Assembly (NCBI GenBank): GCA_012841205.1
Contig: DUVE01000004.1
Location: 1 to 57,666, forward strand
Length of the DNA: 57,666 nucleotides
Direction of reading: 5' to 3'
Source: Mollicutes bacterium
GTDB taxonomy: Bacteria > Bacillota_I > Bacilli_A > RF39 > UBA660
Part shown: positions 41,180 through 52,900 of the stretch, in pieces
Numbering within the stretch: the first letter of the stretch is position 1
Layout: each line of letters begins with the position of its first letter
Notes under the pieces: generated by a model
Told to the model about the DNA's origin: nothing
The model's input: the letters and a program-made list of their open reading frames with translations, nothing else
Databases searched by the model: none
Made by a program: the position numbers and the translations under genes

Positions 41180-41800
41180 ATGACTTCATATGAAGATTAT
41201 AATGATTATGAATTACTATATCTTACTTGTTCTGATATAGAAGAAGCATATGATATTTTATATTCCAAATATAAGCCATTAGTTGAAATGAAAGCAAAAA
41301 AATATTTAAACTATGGAAAGAGTAGAGGTCTTGATATAAATGATTTAATTCAAGAAGGAATGATAGGTTTAAGTGAAGCAATAAGAGATTTTAAAACAAA
41401 GAAGAATGTAAAGTTCTCAACTTTTGCTAATATGTGTATCGAAAGACAAATAAATAGTGCTACAACTAAGTCTAATCGTAAAAAACATCGTTTATTAAAT
41501 GAGTCTTTGTCACTAGATGATAAAGTTACAGATGATGATAAATCGCTTATTGAAACAATCTTAGATAAAAAAGAGAAAGATCCTAGTAGCTACTTAATAG
41601 ATTTAGAAGAAAAGAAGGAACTTAATGAAAAGTTAGTTAAAAACTTGACTCCTTTAGAATTGAAAGTTTTAGATTTGCGACTTAAAAATTTCGATTATAA
41701 GGAGATTGCATCAAAATTAGGTAGAAGTTATAAATCGGTTGATAGTGCATTACAGAGAGTTAAATCAAAATTAAAAGTTATATTTTCAGAAGAAGAGTAA
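41180..41800 (+). CDS. sigH: RNA polymerase sigma-H factor
   Basis: 206 aa; sigma-70 region 2 (DLIQEGMIGLSEAIRDF, FSTFANMCIERQI) and region 4 HTH; conserved position before secE-nusG. Confidence 0.88.
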   Translation: MTSYEDYNDYELLYLTCSDIEEAYDILYSKYKPLVEMKAKKYLNYGKSRGLDINDLIQEGMIGLSEAIRDFKTKKNVKFSTFANMCIERQINSATTKSNRKKHRLLNESLSLDDKVTDDDKSLIETILDKKEKDPSSYLIDLEEKKELNEKLVKNLTPLELKVLDLRLKNFDYKEIASKLGRSYKSVDSALQRVKSKLKVIFSEEE

Positions 41801-41812
41801 GAGGTGATCATA

Positions 41813-42463
41813 ATGTCTAAAGTTAACAGATATACTTTATCAATAATTGAACCTGAGAAAGAACCGTTTGTGTTTGAAAAAACATCGCTTGATTATATCG
41901 ATGCCATTACTACAAAATTTAAAAATGAAAAGGAATTAATTGCAACTCTTGGTAATATATTGGATAAAGAGTTTGACTTATCCACAACTAAAACAGAAGT
42001 CACATATAGTCATTGTAAGAAAATAAAAAAAGTTGAAAAATTATATTTTAATGATATATTGATATTGGATAGGGAAGCAACAAAAAAATACATATTAGAC
42101 CACATGAATAACAAAAGTTTTGTTGTTAAATTTGTAAGTAGGTATAATGGTTCAAATTATTTTATACGTTTTAAAAAAGATATTATATTGAAAATTAATA
42201 AAGGAGAGGACTATACTGATACTTTATTTCAGTTATTAGATGTTGTCTTTGCAAATTACAAATCACTCCGTGATGCTTATTTATTTACAAAGAAACACGG
42301 CAAAATAATGACTAAGGAAAAAGAGGAAATATCAAAAAGTAAAGAAGAACAGATAAAAGCACTTAAAATGTTAAAAGAAGGCTTATATTATCAGTATACT
42401 TTGGGCAATTGGTCAGACGAACTAGAAAGAAATAATATAAGTTTAAGTAAAGTTAAGAAATAA
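41813..42463 (+). CDS. Hypothetical protein (216 aa), translationally coupled to sigH
   Basis: Long uninterrupted ORF in AT-rich DNA. SD GAGGTGA overlaps the sigH stop; ATG 41813. Lys-rich, no TM, no motif I recognise. Confidence 0.75.
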   Translation: MSKVNRYTLSIIEPEKEPFVFEKTSLDYIDAITTKFKNEKELIATLGNILDKEFDLSTTKTEVTYSHCKKIKKVEKLYFNDILILDREATKKYILDHMNNKSFVVKFVSRYNGSNYFIRFKKDIILKINKGEDYTDTLFQLLDVVFANYKSLRDAYLFTKKHGKIMTKEKEEISKSKEEQIKALKMLKEGLYYQYTLGNWSDELERNNISLSKVKK

Positions 42464-42474
42464 AGGAAAATATG

Positions 42475-42503
42475 TTGACTTGAAATAGTAAATGTGTTAT
42501 TTT
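42475..42503 (+). promoter_or_regulatory. Candidate sigma-A promoter upstream of secE-nusG
   Basis: TTGACT (42475-42480), 17-nt spacer ending in TGT (extended -10), TATTTT (42498-42503). Confidence 0.4.
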
Positions 42504-42513
42504 ATACCTATAG

Positions 42514-42539
42514 AAGACACATTTAGGTGTTTTTATTTT
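42514..42539 (+). terminator. Weak hairpin plus U-tract after the sigH-orf operon
   Basis: AAGACAC / GTGTTTT 7-bp stem (one G-U), 6-nt loop, then TTATTTT. Confidence 0.4.
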
Positions 42540-42573
42540 GGAAAAATTAATATAATAAAGGTGTAGGTGAATT

Positions 42574-42753
42574 ATGGAAAAAATCAAGTCTTTCTTTCAT
42601 GGTGTTAAGAAAGAAATAAAAAGAGTTAGATGGCCTAATAAAAAAGAGATGTTTAAGAATACGATAGCGGTGTTACTTTTTTCTTTTTTCCTTGGGGTAT
42701 TCTTTTATCTAATAAATGTTATTATAATACTTTTAAAGGAAGTGTTTAGTTAA
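42574..42753 (+). CDS. secE: Preprotein translocase subunit SecE
   Basis: 59 aa (below the ORF-track cutoff). MEKIKSFFHGVKKEIKRVRWPNKKE then one TM. TAATG overlap with nusG. Confidence 0.9.
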   Translation: MEKIKSFFHGVKKEIKRVRWPNKKEMFKNTIAVLLFSFFLGVFFYLINVIIILLKEVFS

Positions 42754-43289
42754 TGGAAGAAAAACGTTGGTATGTAGTAAACACCTATTCTGGTCATGAA
42801 AATAAAGTAAAAGAAAAACTAGAAATGCGTATTGAATCGATGGATATGCAAGATTATATATATAGAGTAGTAGTTCCTGAACAAACGGAAGTTGAAATAA
42901 AAGACGGGGTTAAAAAAGAAAAAGTAAAGAAACTCTTTCCCGGTTATGTTTTAGTTGAAATGGTTATGTCGGATGAAGCTTGGTATGTAGTTCGCAACAC
43001 TCCAGGTGTTACAGGGTTTATTGGTTCAAGTGGTAAGGGAGCTAAACCTATACCTTTATTACCTAGTGAAATCGATCGAATTCTTGGTCAAATGGGCATG
43101 AGTAGATTAGAACTTGGTAATGAGATTAAAGAAAATGATAAAGTTAAAATTATTTCTGGTCCATTTACGGCAATGTATGGTCGTATTGAAACAGTGGACT
43201 TAGAAAATCAAACGTTGAAAGTAATGATTGATCTGTTCGGACAAGAAACTTCAGTAGAAGTTGAATTGTCACAAGTTGAAAAAGCGTAA
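42753..43289 (+). CDS. nusG: Transcription termination/antitermination factor NusG
   Basis: 178 aa; WYVVNTYSGHENKV NGN domain; C-terminal KOW. Confidence 0.96.
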   Translation: MEEKRWYVVNTYSGHENKVKEKLEMRIESMDMQDYIYRVVVPEQTEVEIKDGVKKEKVKKLFPGYVLVEMVMSDEAWYVVRNTPGVTGFIGSSGKGAKPIPLLPSEIDRILGQMGMSRLELGNEIKENDKVKIISGPFTAMYGRIETVDLENQTLKVMIDLFGQETSVEVELSQVEKA

Positions 43290-43296
43290 ATTATTA

Positions 43297-43325
43297 TTGC
43301 ATTTGTGATTATTTAGTGATAAAAT
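43297..43325 (+). promoter_or_regulatory. Sigma-A type promoter for rplK-rplA
   Basis: TTGCAT (43297-43302), 17-nt spacer, TAAAAT (43320-43325). Leaves a ~90-nt leader. Confidence 0.55.
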
Positions 43326-43422
43326 AACGATGCTATATTTAATTTATATAGATTAAAGTGGGAGTGCGGATTGTTACATTTATACCACTCGCGAAAAAAT
43401 ATTAATATAGGAGGTGTTTTTC

Positions 43423-43848
43423 GTGGCAAAAAAACTAGTAAAAAAGATTAAATTACAAATACCTGCTGGACGTGCTACACCTGCTCCACCGGTTGGAACA
43501 GTTTTAGGACCTGCAGGAATAAATTCACAGGAATTTTGTACTAAATTTAATGATGAGACAAAAGATAAGATGGGTGATGTTTTACCGGTAGAAATATATT
43601 TATATGATGACCGTTCTTATACATTTACTGTCAAAACCCCACCAGCTGGATTCTTATTAAAGAAGGCAGCAGGTATCACTAAAGGTACAGCAAACGGCTC
43701 GAAAGAAATTGGTGGAAGTATTACAAAAGACCAATTACGTGAGATAGCTGAAACAAAGTTGCCTGATTTAAATGCGTACGATGTTGAGTCAGCAATGAAA
43801 ATTGTTGCTGGTACTGCTAGAAACATGGGAATTGAAATTAAAGAATAA
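43423..43848 (+). CDS. rplK: 50S ribosomal protein L11
   Basis: [24 protein letters not shown]; GTG start 8 nt after AGGAGG. ORF-track start 43414 is an extension. Confidence 0.96.
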   Translation: MAKKLVKKIKLQIPAGRATPAPPVGTVLGPAGINSQEFCTKFNDETKDKMGDVLPVEIYLYDDRSYTFTVKTPPAGFLLKKAAGITKGTANGSKEIGGSITKDQLREIAETKLPDLNAYDVESAMKIVAGTARNMGIEIKE

Positions 43849-43916
43849 TAATACACACATATGGGTTATGCCTGTGTGGGAGGAAATCCGCTATAAACCA
43901 CATAAGGAGGGAAATT

Positions 43917-44615
43917 ATGAAAAAGAGAAGTAAAAAATACTTACAAGCTCTTGAAAAAATTGACAAGACGAAATTATATACTAAAGAGGAAGCAGTTAAG
44001 TTGGTTAAAGAAACTAATGTAGCAAATTTTGATGCATCAGTTGAAGTGGCTATGAGACTTAATCTTGACACAAAAAAAGTTGATCAACAATTAAGAGGTG
44101 CAGTAGTATTACCTAATGGAACTGGTAAAACTAAGAGAGTATTAGTTCTTGCTAAAGGAGAAAAAGCTAAAGAAGCAGAAGAAGCTGGAGCAGAATTTGT
44201 TGGAGATGTTGATTTGATTAGTAAAATTGAACAAGAAAACTGGTTAGATTTTGACATCATTATTGCTACTCCTGATATGATGCCTGCACTAGGAAAAATT
44301 GGTAAACTATTAGGGCCAAAAGGTTTGATGCCAAATCCAAAGGTAGGAACAGTTACTAATGATATTGCTAAAGCAGTATCAGAGGTTAAAAAAGGGCGCA
44401 TCGAATACCGTACAGATAGTTATGGTATAGTACATGCTATAATTGGTAAGGTGTCATTTGATGAAAGCAAATTATTAGAAAACCTTAATGCTTTTGTTGA
44501 GCTTATATTAAAGTCAAAACCATCAACAGCTAAAGGTATATATGTTAAAAGTATCGCGATCTCATCAACTATGGGACCTGGAATTAAAATAAATGTGAAT
44601 TCTTTTGACAAATAA
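43917..44615 (+). CDS. rplA: 50S ribosomal protein L1
   Basis: 232 aa; full-length L1 similarity; AAGGAGGG SD. Confidence 0.96.
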   Translation: MKKRSKKYLQALEKIDKTKLYTKEEAVKLVKETNVANFDASVEVAMRLNLDTKKVDQQLRGAVVLPNGTGKTKRVLVLAKGEKAKEAEEAGAEFVGDVDLISKIEQENWLDFDIIIATPDMMPALGKIGKLLGPKGLMPNPKVGTVTNDIAKAVSEVKKGRIEYRTDSYGIVHAIIGKVSFDESKLLENLNAFVELILKSKPSTAKGIYVKSIAISSTMGPGIKINVNSFDK

Positions 44616-44650
44616 GAAATACTAGAGTATACTAGTGAATATAATTAATT

Positions 44651-44745
44651 AAAACCGAAGACAGTTGGAGCGAAAGCTTAATATTTCCTACCGAGGTTAA
44701 AACATTATGTTTTTAACCTTTGTAGATAACTATAAAGGTTTTTTA
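44651..44745 (+). promoter_or_regulatory. Ribosomal protein L10 leader with attenuator hairpin
   Basis: AACCGAAGACAG...CCTACCGAGGT elements as I recall from the Firmicute rplJ leader. Followed by ACCTTTGTAG/CTATAAAGGT hairpin (44716-44739) and a T-run. Located directly upstream of rplJ. Confidence 0.55.
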
Positions 44746-44765
44746 ATATAAGAAGGAGGTATCTT

Positions 44766-45257
44766 ATGGCAAATGAAAAGGTGTTAGAAGCAAAAAAACA
44801 AGTTGTTTTAGAAATCCAAGATAAAATCAAAAACTCTGCATCTGTCGTTTTCTTTGACTACAGAGGACTAACTGTTGAACAAACCACAGAACTTCGTAGT
44901 AAAATGAAAAAAGCAGATACAGATATAAAAATTTATAAAAACACATTAATGAAAAGAGCCTTAGATAGTCTTAACATTGACCTAGATAATGTATTAGAAG
45001 GTCCAAACGCAATTACTTTATCAAGTGATATTATTGAACCAATCAAAGTACTTACTGATTATGCAAAACATAATAAGGCTTTGGAAATTAAAGGTGGTAT
45101 AATTGATGGTAAAGTATCTTCAGTTAATGAAATTGCTGAACTTTCTACTATTCCATCACGCGAAGGATTGTTAACAATGTTAGCTGGTGGCTTAATAGGT
45201 GTTGCCAGAGATTTATCTATATGCTTACATTTATATAGTGAGCAAAAAAGTGAGTAA
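44766..45257 (+). CDS. rplJ: 50S ribosomal protein L10
   Basis: 163 aa; L10 similarity; GAAGGAGG SD. Confidence 0.96.
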   Translation: MANEKVLEAKKQVVLEIQDKIKNSASVVFFDYRGLTVEQTTELRSKMKKADTDIKIYKNTLMKRALDSLNIDLDNVLEGPNAITLSSDIIEPIKVLTDYAKHNKALEIKGGIIDGKVSSVNEIAELSTIPSREGLLTMLAGGLIGVARDLSICLHLYSEQKSE

Positions 45258-45276
45258 AAAAAGAGGAGGAAATGAA

Positions 45277-45648
45277 ATGGCAAAATTAACAAAAGATGAA
45301 TTTATTAGTTCATTAAAAGAAATGACATTATTAGAAATTAAAGAATTAGTTGACGCAATGAAAGAGGAATTTGGTGTAGATCCAAGTGCAGTTGCAGTAG
45401 CTGCAGGCCCTGCAGCAGCTGATAGCGCTGAACAAGGTCCAACTTCTGCAACAGTAGTTCTTAAAGACGCTGGAGCAAACAAAATCCAAGTCATTAAAGC
45501 AATTAGAGATATTACTGGTCTAGGATTAAAAGAAGCTAAAGATATAGCTGATGCTGGCGGTAATGTAAAAGAAAATGTCAATATTGATGAAGCTAATGAA
45601 ATTAAAGCTAAACTTGAAGAAGTTGGCGCAACAGTAGAATTACAATAA
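45277..45648 (+). CDS. rplL: 50S ribosomal protein L7/L12
   Basis: MAKLTKDEFI..., Ala-rich hinge, C-terminal GLGLKEAKD...; SD AGAGGAGG. ORF-track start 45199 overlaps rplJ and is an artefact. Confidence 0.96.
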   Translation: MAKLTKDEFISSLKEMTLLEIKELVDAMKEEFGVDPSAVAVAAGPAAADSAEQGPTSATVVLKDAGANKIQVIKAIRDITGLGLKEAKDIADAGGNVKENVNIDEANEIKAKLEEVGATVELQ

Positions 45649-45658
45649 GGAAAATAAT

Positions 45659-45685
45659 AAGCCTATGCTAATAAGTATAGGCTTT
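45659..45685 (+). terminator. Hairpin after rplL (weak U-tail)
   Basis: AAGCCTAT / ATAGGCTT 8-bp stem, 10-nt loop, short T tail. Confidence 0.45.
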
Positions 45686-45705
45686 ATCCGTCTATAGGAG
45701 AGTAT

Positions 45706-46314
45706 ATGAATCATTACTTTACAAATGAAGAAAATTTAAAATCAAACATCCATTTGTTAGAAATATATATAAGAGACAAAAGGTATTTGCTTTATTCTGA
45801 TAATGGTGTTTTTTCAAAAAAGGGTCTTGATTTTGGTACTAAGGTCTTAATCGATGCCTTGCCTTTTAACAAAATAACAGGTGATGTTTTGGATGTTGGT
45901 TGTGGATATGGTCCTATTGGGTTGTGCGTTAAAAATGAAACATCGAGTAATGTTGATATGATTGATGTTAATCTACGCGCACTTCATTTATCTAAGATGA
46001 ATGCTAAAAAAAACAATCTAGATGTTAATATATTTGAAAGTGATGCTTATAGCAATGTGAACAAGAAATATGATTATATATTTACTAATCCTCCAATTAG
46101 GGCGGGAAAAAAGAAACTGTATGAAATTTTAAGGGGTGCATATGCTTATCTAAAGGATAATGGTGAGATGTGGTTTGTAATTAGAAAAAATCAAGGTGCT
46201 AATTCAGCAATAAGGGACATAAGCGATCTATATAATGTTGAGTTGAAGAGTAAAGTTAAGGATTATTTTGTTTTGTGTGCAACAAAAAAGAATAAAGACG
46301 TTGACAATGCTTGA
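45706..46314 (+). CDS. Class I SAM-dependent methyltransferase (YbxB/RsmC-like)
   Basis: 202 aa; DVGCGYGPIG and NPPIRAG motifs; conserved position between rplL and rpoB (ybxB in B. subtilis). Confidence 0.85.
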   Translation: MNHYFTNEENLKSNIHLLEIYIRDKRYLLYSDNGVFSKKGLDFGTKVLIDALPFNKITGDVLDVGCGYGPIGLCVKNETSSNVDMIDVNLRALHLSKMNAKKNNLDVNIFESDAYSNVNKKYDYIFTNPPIRAGKKKLYEILRGAYAYLKDNGEMWFVIRKNQGANSAIRDISDLYNVELKSKVKDYFVLCATKKNKDVDNA

Positions 46315-46389
46315 TTTGTTTGGTAATATTTTAAATTGGTACTATGTTTTTTGAACATGTTCTTTGAAAAAAATTGATTATGGGGTGAA

Positions 46390-49300
46390 ATGATGGCTTA
46401 TAAGATTAAAAAGTTTGGAGATTACAGGGAAAGGGTTACATTTTCAAGGGTCAACAACATTCTTGAGATGAAGGATTTATTAGAAATTCAGAAAGATTCA
46501 TATCAAGATTTTATTATAAACGGCATTAAAGAAGTATTTGAAGATTTATTTCCAGTCGAAAGTTTTTCTGGTACACTTTCACTGGATTTTGGTGATTATC
46601 ATTTTGATGAACCTAGACACACTGTAAAACAATGTAAAGATAGGGAAACGACTTACTCTTCACCATTAGTGGTTGAGGCTCGTTTGTTTAATAATGAAAC
46701 AGGCGAAGTTAAGGAACAAGAAATATTTTTAGGTGATATGCCTTTAATGACTGACACAGGAACGTTTATCATTAATGGTGCAGAACGTGTTATTGTGTCA
46801 CAATTAATTCGTTCACCAAGTGTTTATTTTAAGAAAACTGAGGACAAAAATGGACGTACAACATATTCATCAGAGATTATTCCAACTCGTGGTACTTGGT
46901 TGGAGTATGAAATGGATGCTAGAGATGTACTACATGTAAGAATAGATAGATCTAGGAAAGTATATATTACTACTTTACTTAGGGCGATGGGATTGTCAAG
47001 CGATGCTGAAATCATCGATTTTTTTGGTGAAAACAGATTTTTACTGAATACTATAGCAAAAGATACTACTAAAAATACAGATGAAGCTCTAATTGAAATA
47101 TATGAAAGATTAAGACCTGGTGAGCCAGCTACACTAGATAGTGCTAAGAATAGACTTATCACAAGCTTCTTTGACGAGTTCCGTTATGATTTAGCTAAGG
47201 TAGGACGTTATAAATTCAATAGAAAGTTGAATGTATGCGAAAGATTGCTTGATTGCAAAATTGCGGAAACAATTAAAGTGGATGGAAATGTTATTATTGA
47301 AAAAGGAACTTTAATAACAAAAGATATCCTTGAAAAAATTAAACCATATTTAGCTGAGGGATATGGTGTTAAAGAAGTTCAAATAAACGAGGAATTAGAC
47401 ACTTATAATAAAGTGCAAATTATTTCAGTTTATTCAAAAGAAAACCCTAATGAGATTATTAGAATAATAGGAAATGATCCAACTCAGACAATTAAAAGAT
47501 TAACCATTTCTGATATTTATGCATCTATTTCATATTACTTGAATTTACTAGATGGCGTTGGTAATCTAGATGAAATTGATCATTTAGCAAATCGTCGTGT
47601 TCGTCAAGTTGGTGAACTTTTACAAAATCAATTTAGAATTGGTGTTACAAGAATGGAGAGAGTTATTCGTGAACGAATGACTACTGTAGATGTTGAAACA
47701 GCAACACCTAAGGCACTTATAAATATAAGACCTATTACTGCTATTATGAAAGAATTCTTTGGTAGTAGCCAGTTATCACAATTTATGGATCAAGTAAACC
47801 CAATAACAGAACTTACTAATAAGAGACGTTTATCTGCACTAGGACCTGGAGGTTTAGCAAGGGATCGTGCTGGTATGGAAGTTCGTGACGTCAACCCGTC
47901 ACATTATGGTCGTATTTGTCCGGTAGAATCTCCAGAAGGCCCAAACATTGGTCTTATAACCTCTCTTGCATCTTATGCAAAAATAAATGAATATGGTTTT
48001 ATTACAACTCCGTATCGTAAGGTTGAAAATAAAAAACTTACTGATAAAATTGATTATTTAACAGCAGATGAAGAAAATGATTATATCATTACGCATGCAA
48101 CAACAGCTGTAGATGAAAATAACGTTATCGTTGAAGAACAAGTAACGGCGCGTTACCGTGGTGATAACATTTTAACAACTCCAGATAAAGTTGATTATTT
48201 CGATGTGTCTCCACAACAAATTGTGTCTATTACGACAAGTTGTATTCCATTCCTTGAACATGATGATGCAAACCGTGCTCTAATGGGGGCAAACATGCAA
48301 CGTCAAGGATTACCTTTACTTGAAGCAGAGGCTCCAATTGTTGGAACTGGTAGTGAAAGTATTGCTGCTAAAGAAAGTGGTGTAGTTATAGTTTCGCACT
48401 CTGATGGTATTGTTGACTATGTTGATAGCAGGAAAATTGTTGTTAAAACTGCCAATGATAAGGATGTTTATTATTTAATGAATTTTGAGCGTTCTAATAA
48501 TGCTACTTGTTACCATCAACGACCACTTGTTAAGGTCGGAGATAAAGTTACACAAGGTATGGTTATTGCTGATGGTCCAAGTACTGATAAGGGTGAACTT
48601 GCTATTGGTAAGAACGTTGTGGTTGCATTTATGACGTTTGATGGTTACAACTATGAAGATGCTGTCATATTAAATGAGAGACTTGTATTAGATGATGTAT
48701 ATACATCTATTAAAATTGAAAGTTATGATATAGAATGCCGTGATACAAAATTAGGACCGGAAGAAATTACAAGAGATATTCCTAATGTATCAGAAGAGGC
48801 TCGTAAAAATCTTGACTCTGAAGGTATTATAAGAGTTGGTACTGAAGTTCGTGAGGGCGATATCTTAGTAGGTAAAGTTACACCAAAGGGTATGGTTGAA
48901 CTTACTAGTGAAGAAAAATTACTACATGCTATCTTCGGTGAAAAGACAAGAGAAGTAAGAGATACATCACTTCGTGTTTCACATGGCGCTGATGGTATTG
49001 TTCATGATGTTAAAATATTCACTAAGAAAGAAAACGAGGATATTCCGCCAGGAGTCTCTAAAGTTGTAAGAGTTTATATAGCTCAAAAAAGAAAAATTGG
49101 TGTTGGTGACAAGATGGCTGGTCGTCATGGGAACAAGGGTGTTGTTTCATTAGTGTTACCACAAGAAGATATGCCATATTTACCAGATGGTACACCAGTT
49201 GATATTTTACTTAATCCACAAGGTGTTCCATCACGTATGAACATCGGTCAAGTTCTTGAATTACACTTAGGTATGGCAGCTAAAAAATTAGGTTATCATA

Positions 49301-49962
49301 TAGCAACTCCAGTTTTTGATGGAGCTGAACTTGAAGATATTGAAGAGATGATGAAACAAGCAGGAATGCCTTCGGATGGTAAGACAGTCTTATATGATGG
49401 TCGTACCGGGGATCCTTTTGATAGTCGTATTTGTGTTGGAATTATGTATATGATTAAACTTATGCACATGGTTGATGACAAAATACATGCTAGATCAACT
49501 GGACCATATTCATTAGTAACGCAACAACCACTTGGTGGTAAAGCTCAATTTGGAGGACAGCGTTTTGGTGAAATGGAAGTTTGGGCATTATATGCATATG
49601 GTGCAGCAAATATATTACAAGAAATTTTAACTGTTAAATCAGACGATGTGGTTGGAAGAGTCAAGGTATACGAGGCTTTAGTTAAGGGAAATCTTATTAA
49701 ACAAGCTGGTATTCCAGAATCATTTAGAGTTTTAATTAAAGAATTCCAAGCATTAGGTCTTGATATGACAATTATTAATGATAAAGAAGAGGAAATGGAA
49801 TTAAGACAACTAGAGGAAGAAGAATCAAAAGCACCATCTGCTCTTTCGATTGAAGAAATAGAAGATACAAATTATCAACAAGAAATAGATACTGAATTGG
49901 AACTTGAAGAAGTTGATAATCAAAATAATGATGAAGAAACTGAAGAAGGGGGCGCTGAATAA
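46390..49962 (+). CDS. rpoB: DNA-directed RNA polymerase subunit beta
   Basis: 1190 aa; full-length beta similarity including [12 protein letters not shown]; acidic C-terminal tail. Start could be 46393. Confidence 0.98.
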   Translation: MMAYKIKKFGDYRERVTFSRVNNILEMKDLLEIQKDSYQDFIINGIKEVFEDLFPVESFSGTLSLDFGDYHFDEPRHTVKQCKDRETTYSSPLVVEARLFNNETGEVKEQEIFLGDMPLMTDTGTFIINGAERVIVSQLIRSPSVYFKKTEDKNGRTTYSSEIIPTRGTWLEYEMDARDVLHVRIDRSRKVYITTLLRAMGLSSDAEIIDFFGENRFLLNTIAKDTTKNTDEALIEIYERLRPGEPATLDSAKNRLITSFFDEFRYDLAKVGRYKFNRKLNVCERLLDCKIAETIKVDGNVIIEKGTLITKDILEKIKPYLAEGYGVKEVQINEELDTYNKVQIISVYSKENPNEIIRIIGNDPTQTIKRLTISDIYASISYYLNLLDGVGNLDEIDHLANRRVRQVGELLQNQFRIGVTRMERVIRERMTTVDVETATPKALINIRPITAIMKEFFGSSQLSQFMDQVNPITELTNKRRLSALGPGGLARDRAGMEVRDVNPSHYGRICPVESPEGPNIGLITSLASYAKINEYGFITTPYRKVENKKLTDKIDYLTADEENDYIITHATTAVDENNVIVEEQVTARYRGDNILTTPDKVDYFDVSPQQIVSITTSCIPFLEHDDANRALMGANMQRQGLPLLEAEAPIVGTGSESIAAKESGVVIVSHSDGIVDYVDSRKIVVKTANDKDVYYLMNFERSNNATCYHQRPLVKVGDKVTQGMVIADGPSTDKGELAIGKNVVVAFMTFDGYNYEDAVILNERLVLDDVYTSIKIESYDIECRDTKLGPEEITRDIPNVSEEARKNLDSEGIIRVGTEVREGDILVGKVTPKGMVELTSEEKLLHAIFGEKTREVRDTSLRVSHGADGIVHDVKIFTKKENEDIPPGVSKVVRVYIAQKRKIGVGDKMAGRHGNKGVVSLVLPQEDMPYLPDGTPVDILLNPQGVPSRMNIGQVLELHLGMAAKKLGYHIATPVFDGAELEDIEEMMKQAGMPSDGKTVLYDGRTGDPFDSRICVGIMYMIKLMHMVDDKIHARSTGPYSLVTQQPLGGKAQFGGQRFGEMEVWALYAYGAANILQEILTVKSDDVVGRVKVYEALVKGNLIKQAGIPESFRVLIKEFQALGLDMTIINDKEEEMELRQLEEEESKAPSALSIEEIEDTNYQQEIDTELELEEVDNQNNDEETEEGGAE

Positions 49963-52900
49963 ATGGATGCAAATAAATTTTCGGCTTTAAAAATTGCTAT
50001 AGCATCTCCTGAAAAAATTCGTTCATGGTCTTATGGCGAAATTAAGAAGCCAGAAACTATCAATTATCGTACTTTAAAACCTGAAAGAGATGGATTGTTT
50101 TGTGAAAAAATATTCGGACCTACTAAGGATTATGAATGTTCTTGTGGAAAGTACAAAAAAGTAAGATATAAGGGAATTGTCTGTGATAAATGTGGTGTTG
50201 AAGTTACCAAAGCTAAGGTAAGACGTGAACGTATGGGACACATCGAACTTGCAACACCTGTATCTCATATATGGTTCTTTAAAGGTACTCCTTCTCGTAT
50301 GGGACTATTACTTGATATGTCACCTAGGGATTTAGAGGAAGTATTATATTTCGTTTCTTACGTTGTAACAGATCCAGGTATAACACCACTTCAAAAGAAA
50401 CAAACCCTATCTGACAAGGAATATAATGCATATTATGAAAAATATGGAGATAGCTTTAAAGTTGGTATGGGTGCTGAGGCTATTAGACAGTTACTTTCTG
50501 AAATTAATATTCAAGAAGAACTAGATAAATTAAATGAAGAACTGGAAACAGCTCAAAGTCAAAAACGTATAAGATTGTTAAAAAGATTAGATGTAATTGA
50601 CTCATTTGCAAGCTCAGGTAATAAACCAGAATGGATCATTTTAGACGCTCTACCTGTTTTGCCTCCTGAATTAAGACCAATGATTCAACTTGATGGGGGT
50701 CGTTTTGCAACTAGTGATTTAAATGATTTATATCGTCGTGTTATCAACCGAAACAATCGTTTGAAAAAATTACTCGAACTTAACGCTCCTTCTATCATTG
50801 TTCGAAATGAGAAGAGAATGTTACAAGAAGCGGTAGATGCTTTGTTTGATAATGGTCGCCGCGGTCGTAGTATAACAGGTGCTAATAATCGTCCATTAAA
50901 ATCTCTAAGTAATATGCTTAAAGGAAAACAAGGACGCTTTAGACAACATTTATTAGGTAAAAGAGTTGACTATTCTGGTCGTTCAGTTATCGTTGTTGGT
51001 CCTGATTTGAAAATGTATCAATGTGGTCTTCCAAAAGAGATGGCCCTTGAATTATTCAAACCACACATAATTCATGAACTTGTTAAAAGAGAAATAATTC
51101 ATAACATTAAATCAGCTAAGAAGATGATTGAAAATCAAGACCCACGTGTTTGGGACGTTGTTGAAGATGTTATAAAAGAACATCCAGTATTACTTAACCG
51201 TGCTCCAACACTTCATAGATTAGGTATTCAAGCATTCGAACCAAAATTAGTTAGTGGTCGTGCTATTAGACTTCATCCACTTGTTACTACAGCATTTAAT
51301 GCGGATTTCGATGGTGATCAGATGGCTGTTCACGTTCCTTTATCAGAGGAAGCTAAGGCAGAAGCTAGAATATTAATGTTAGGTGCAAACAATATACTTA
51401 ATCCAAAGGATGGAAAGCCTATTGTTACACCAACACAGGATATGATCTTGGGTAACTACTATATTACGATTGAAAAGAATGGGCTTGAGGATCAAGGACG
51501 TGTATTTAAAAATACAAATGAAGCTTTAATGGCATATGATAGAAGAGAAATATCACTTCATACAAGAATTGCTATCCCAGTTAATTCTTTCAAATATAAA
51601 GTATTTATCGAAGAAGTTAAGAATAAGTATTTAATTACAACTGTTGGTAAGATTAAATTCAATGAAATATTACCGGATTCTTTCCAATATATCAGTGAAG
51701 CAACAACAGAAAACATTGAAGGTATTACACCAAGCAAATATTTTGTTGATAATTTAGAAAACATCAATGAGAAAATTGAAAATATTATAATACCTGAACC
51801 TTTCAATAAGAAAGCACTTGAGGCAATTATAGCACAAATATTTAAGAGATATAAAACAACAGAAACTTCAATTATGCTTGATAAACTTAAAGATTTAGGA
51901 TTTAAATATTCTACTAAAGCAGGTATTACTTTCTCAGTTAGTGATATCAAGGTAAGTGAGAAAAAAGCTGAGATTATCAACGAAGGTGATAAGACTGTTG
52001 AAAAAATCAATAAACAATATGCTCGTGGCTTAATAACTGAATCTGAAAGATATACAAGAGTTATTGAAACATGGAATGCAGCAAAGAAGAAAATTCAAGA
52101 AGAACTAAATGAAGTAGCTAAAACAGATTTAGATAACCCTATATTTGTTATGATGAATTCAAAAGCAAGAGGAAGTATAGCTCAGTTCACTCAGCTTGCT
52201 GGTATGCGTGGATTAATGGCAAAACCAGGTGGTGGTGAAATTGAGATACCAATTAAATCATCATTTAAAGAAGGGCTATCGGTTGCAGAATTCTTTATCT
52301 CAACTCACGGTTCTCGTAAAGGTAGTGCAGATACAGCTTTAAAAACAGCTGATTCAGGTTACCTAACAAGACGTTTAGTAGATGTAGTTCAAGATGTTAT
52401 TGTACGTGAAGAAGACTGCGGTTCTATTCAAGGTGTTGTAGCTAAGGATCTTGTTGATGAAAGAGCTGGAACAGTTGATTTAATAGAGAAGATGATAGAT
52501 CGTATTCTCGGTAGATATACAAATAAAAAAGTAATCAATCCAGAAACAAAAGAAGTAATTGTTGAAAAAGGTGTTATGATTACTGAAAATATAGCTGAAA
52601 AAATTGAAAAAGCAGGAGTTAAAGCAGTTGAGATAAGAAGCGTATTAACATGTAAAACACGTAATGGTGTATGTCAAAAATGTTATGGGCGTAATCTTGC
52701 AACTGGTAATCTAGTTGAGATTGGTGAAGCTATTGGTATTATGGCAGCTCAATCTATTGGTGAACCAGGAACTCAATTAACGATGAGAACATTCCACACG
52801 GGCGGTGTTGCTGGTGGTGAGGATATTACTCAAGGTTTACCTCGTGTTCAAGAATTGTTTGAAGCTAGGGATCCAAAAGGTAAGTCTACAATTTCTGAAA

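Noticed and set aside
43332-43916. Possible L1-binding autoregulatory structures in the ~90-nt rplK leader (GGGAGTGCGG...CCACTCGCG) and in the rplK-rplA spacer (GGGTTATGCCTGTGTGGGAGGAAATCC)
   Set aside because: GGGAG-containing segments are suggestive, but I could only draw short imperfect helices by hand. I cannot match them reliably to the L1 rRNA/mRNA site, so a covariance-model search is needed.
46340-46370. 10-nt palindrome GAACATGTTC flanked by T/A runs upstream of rpoB
   Set aside because: It is short, single-copy, matches no known operator, and is compatible with chance in a 75-nt spacer.
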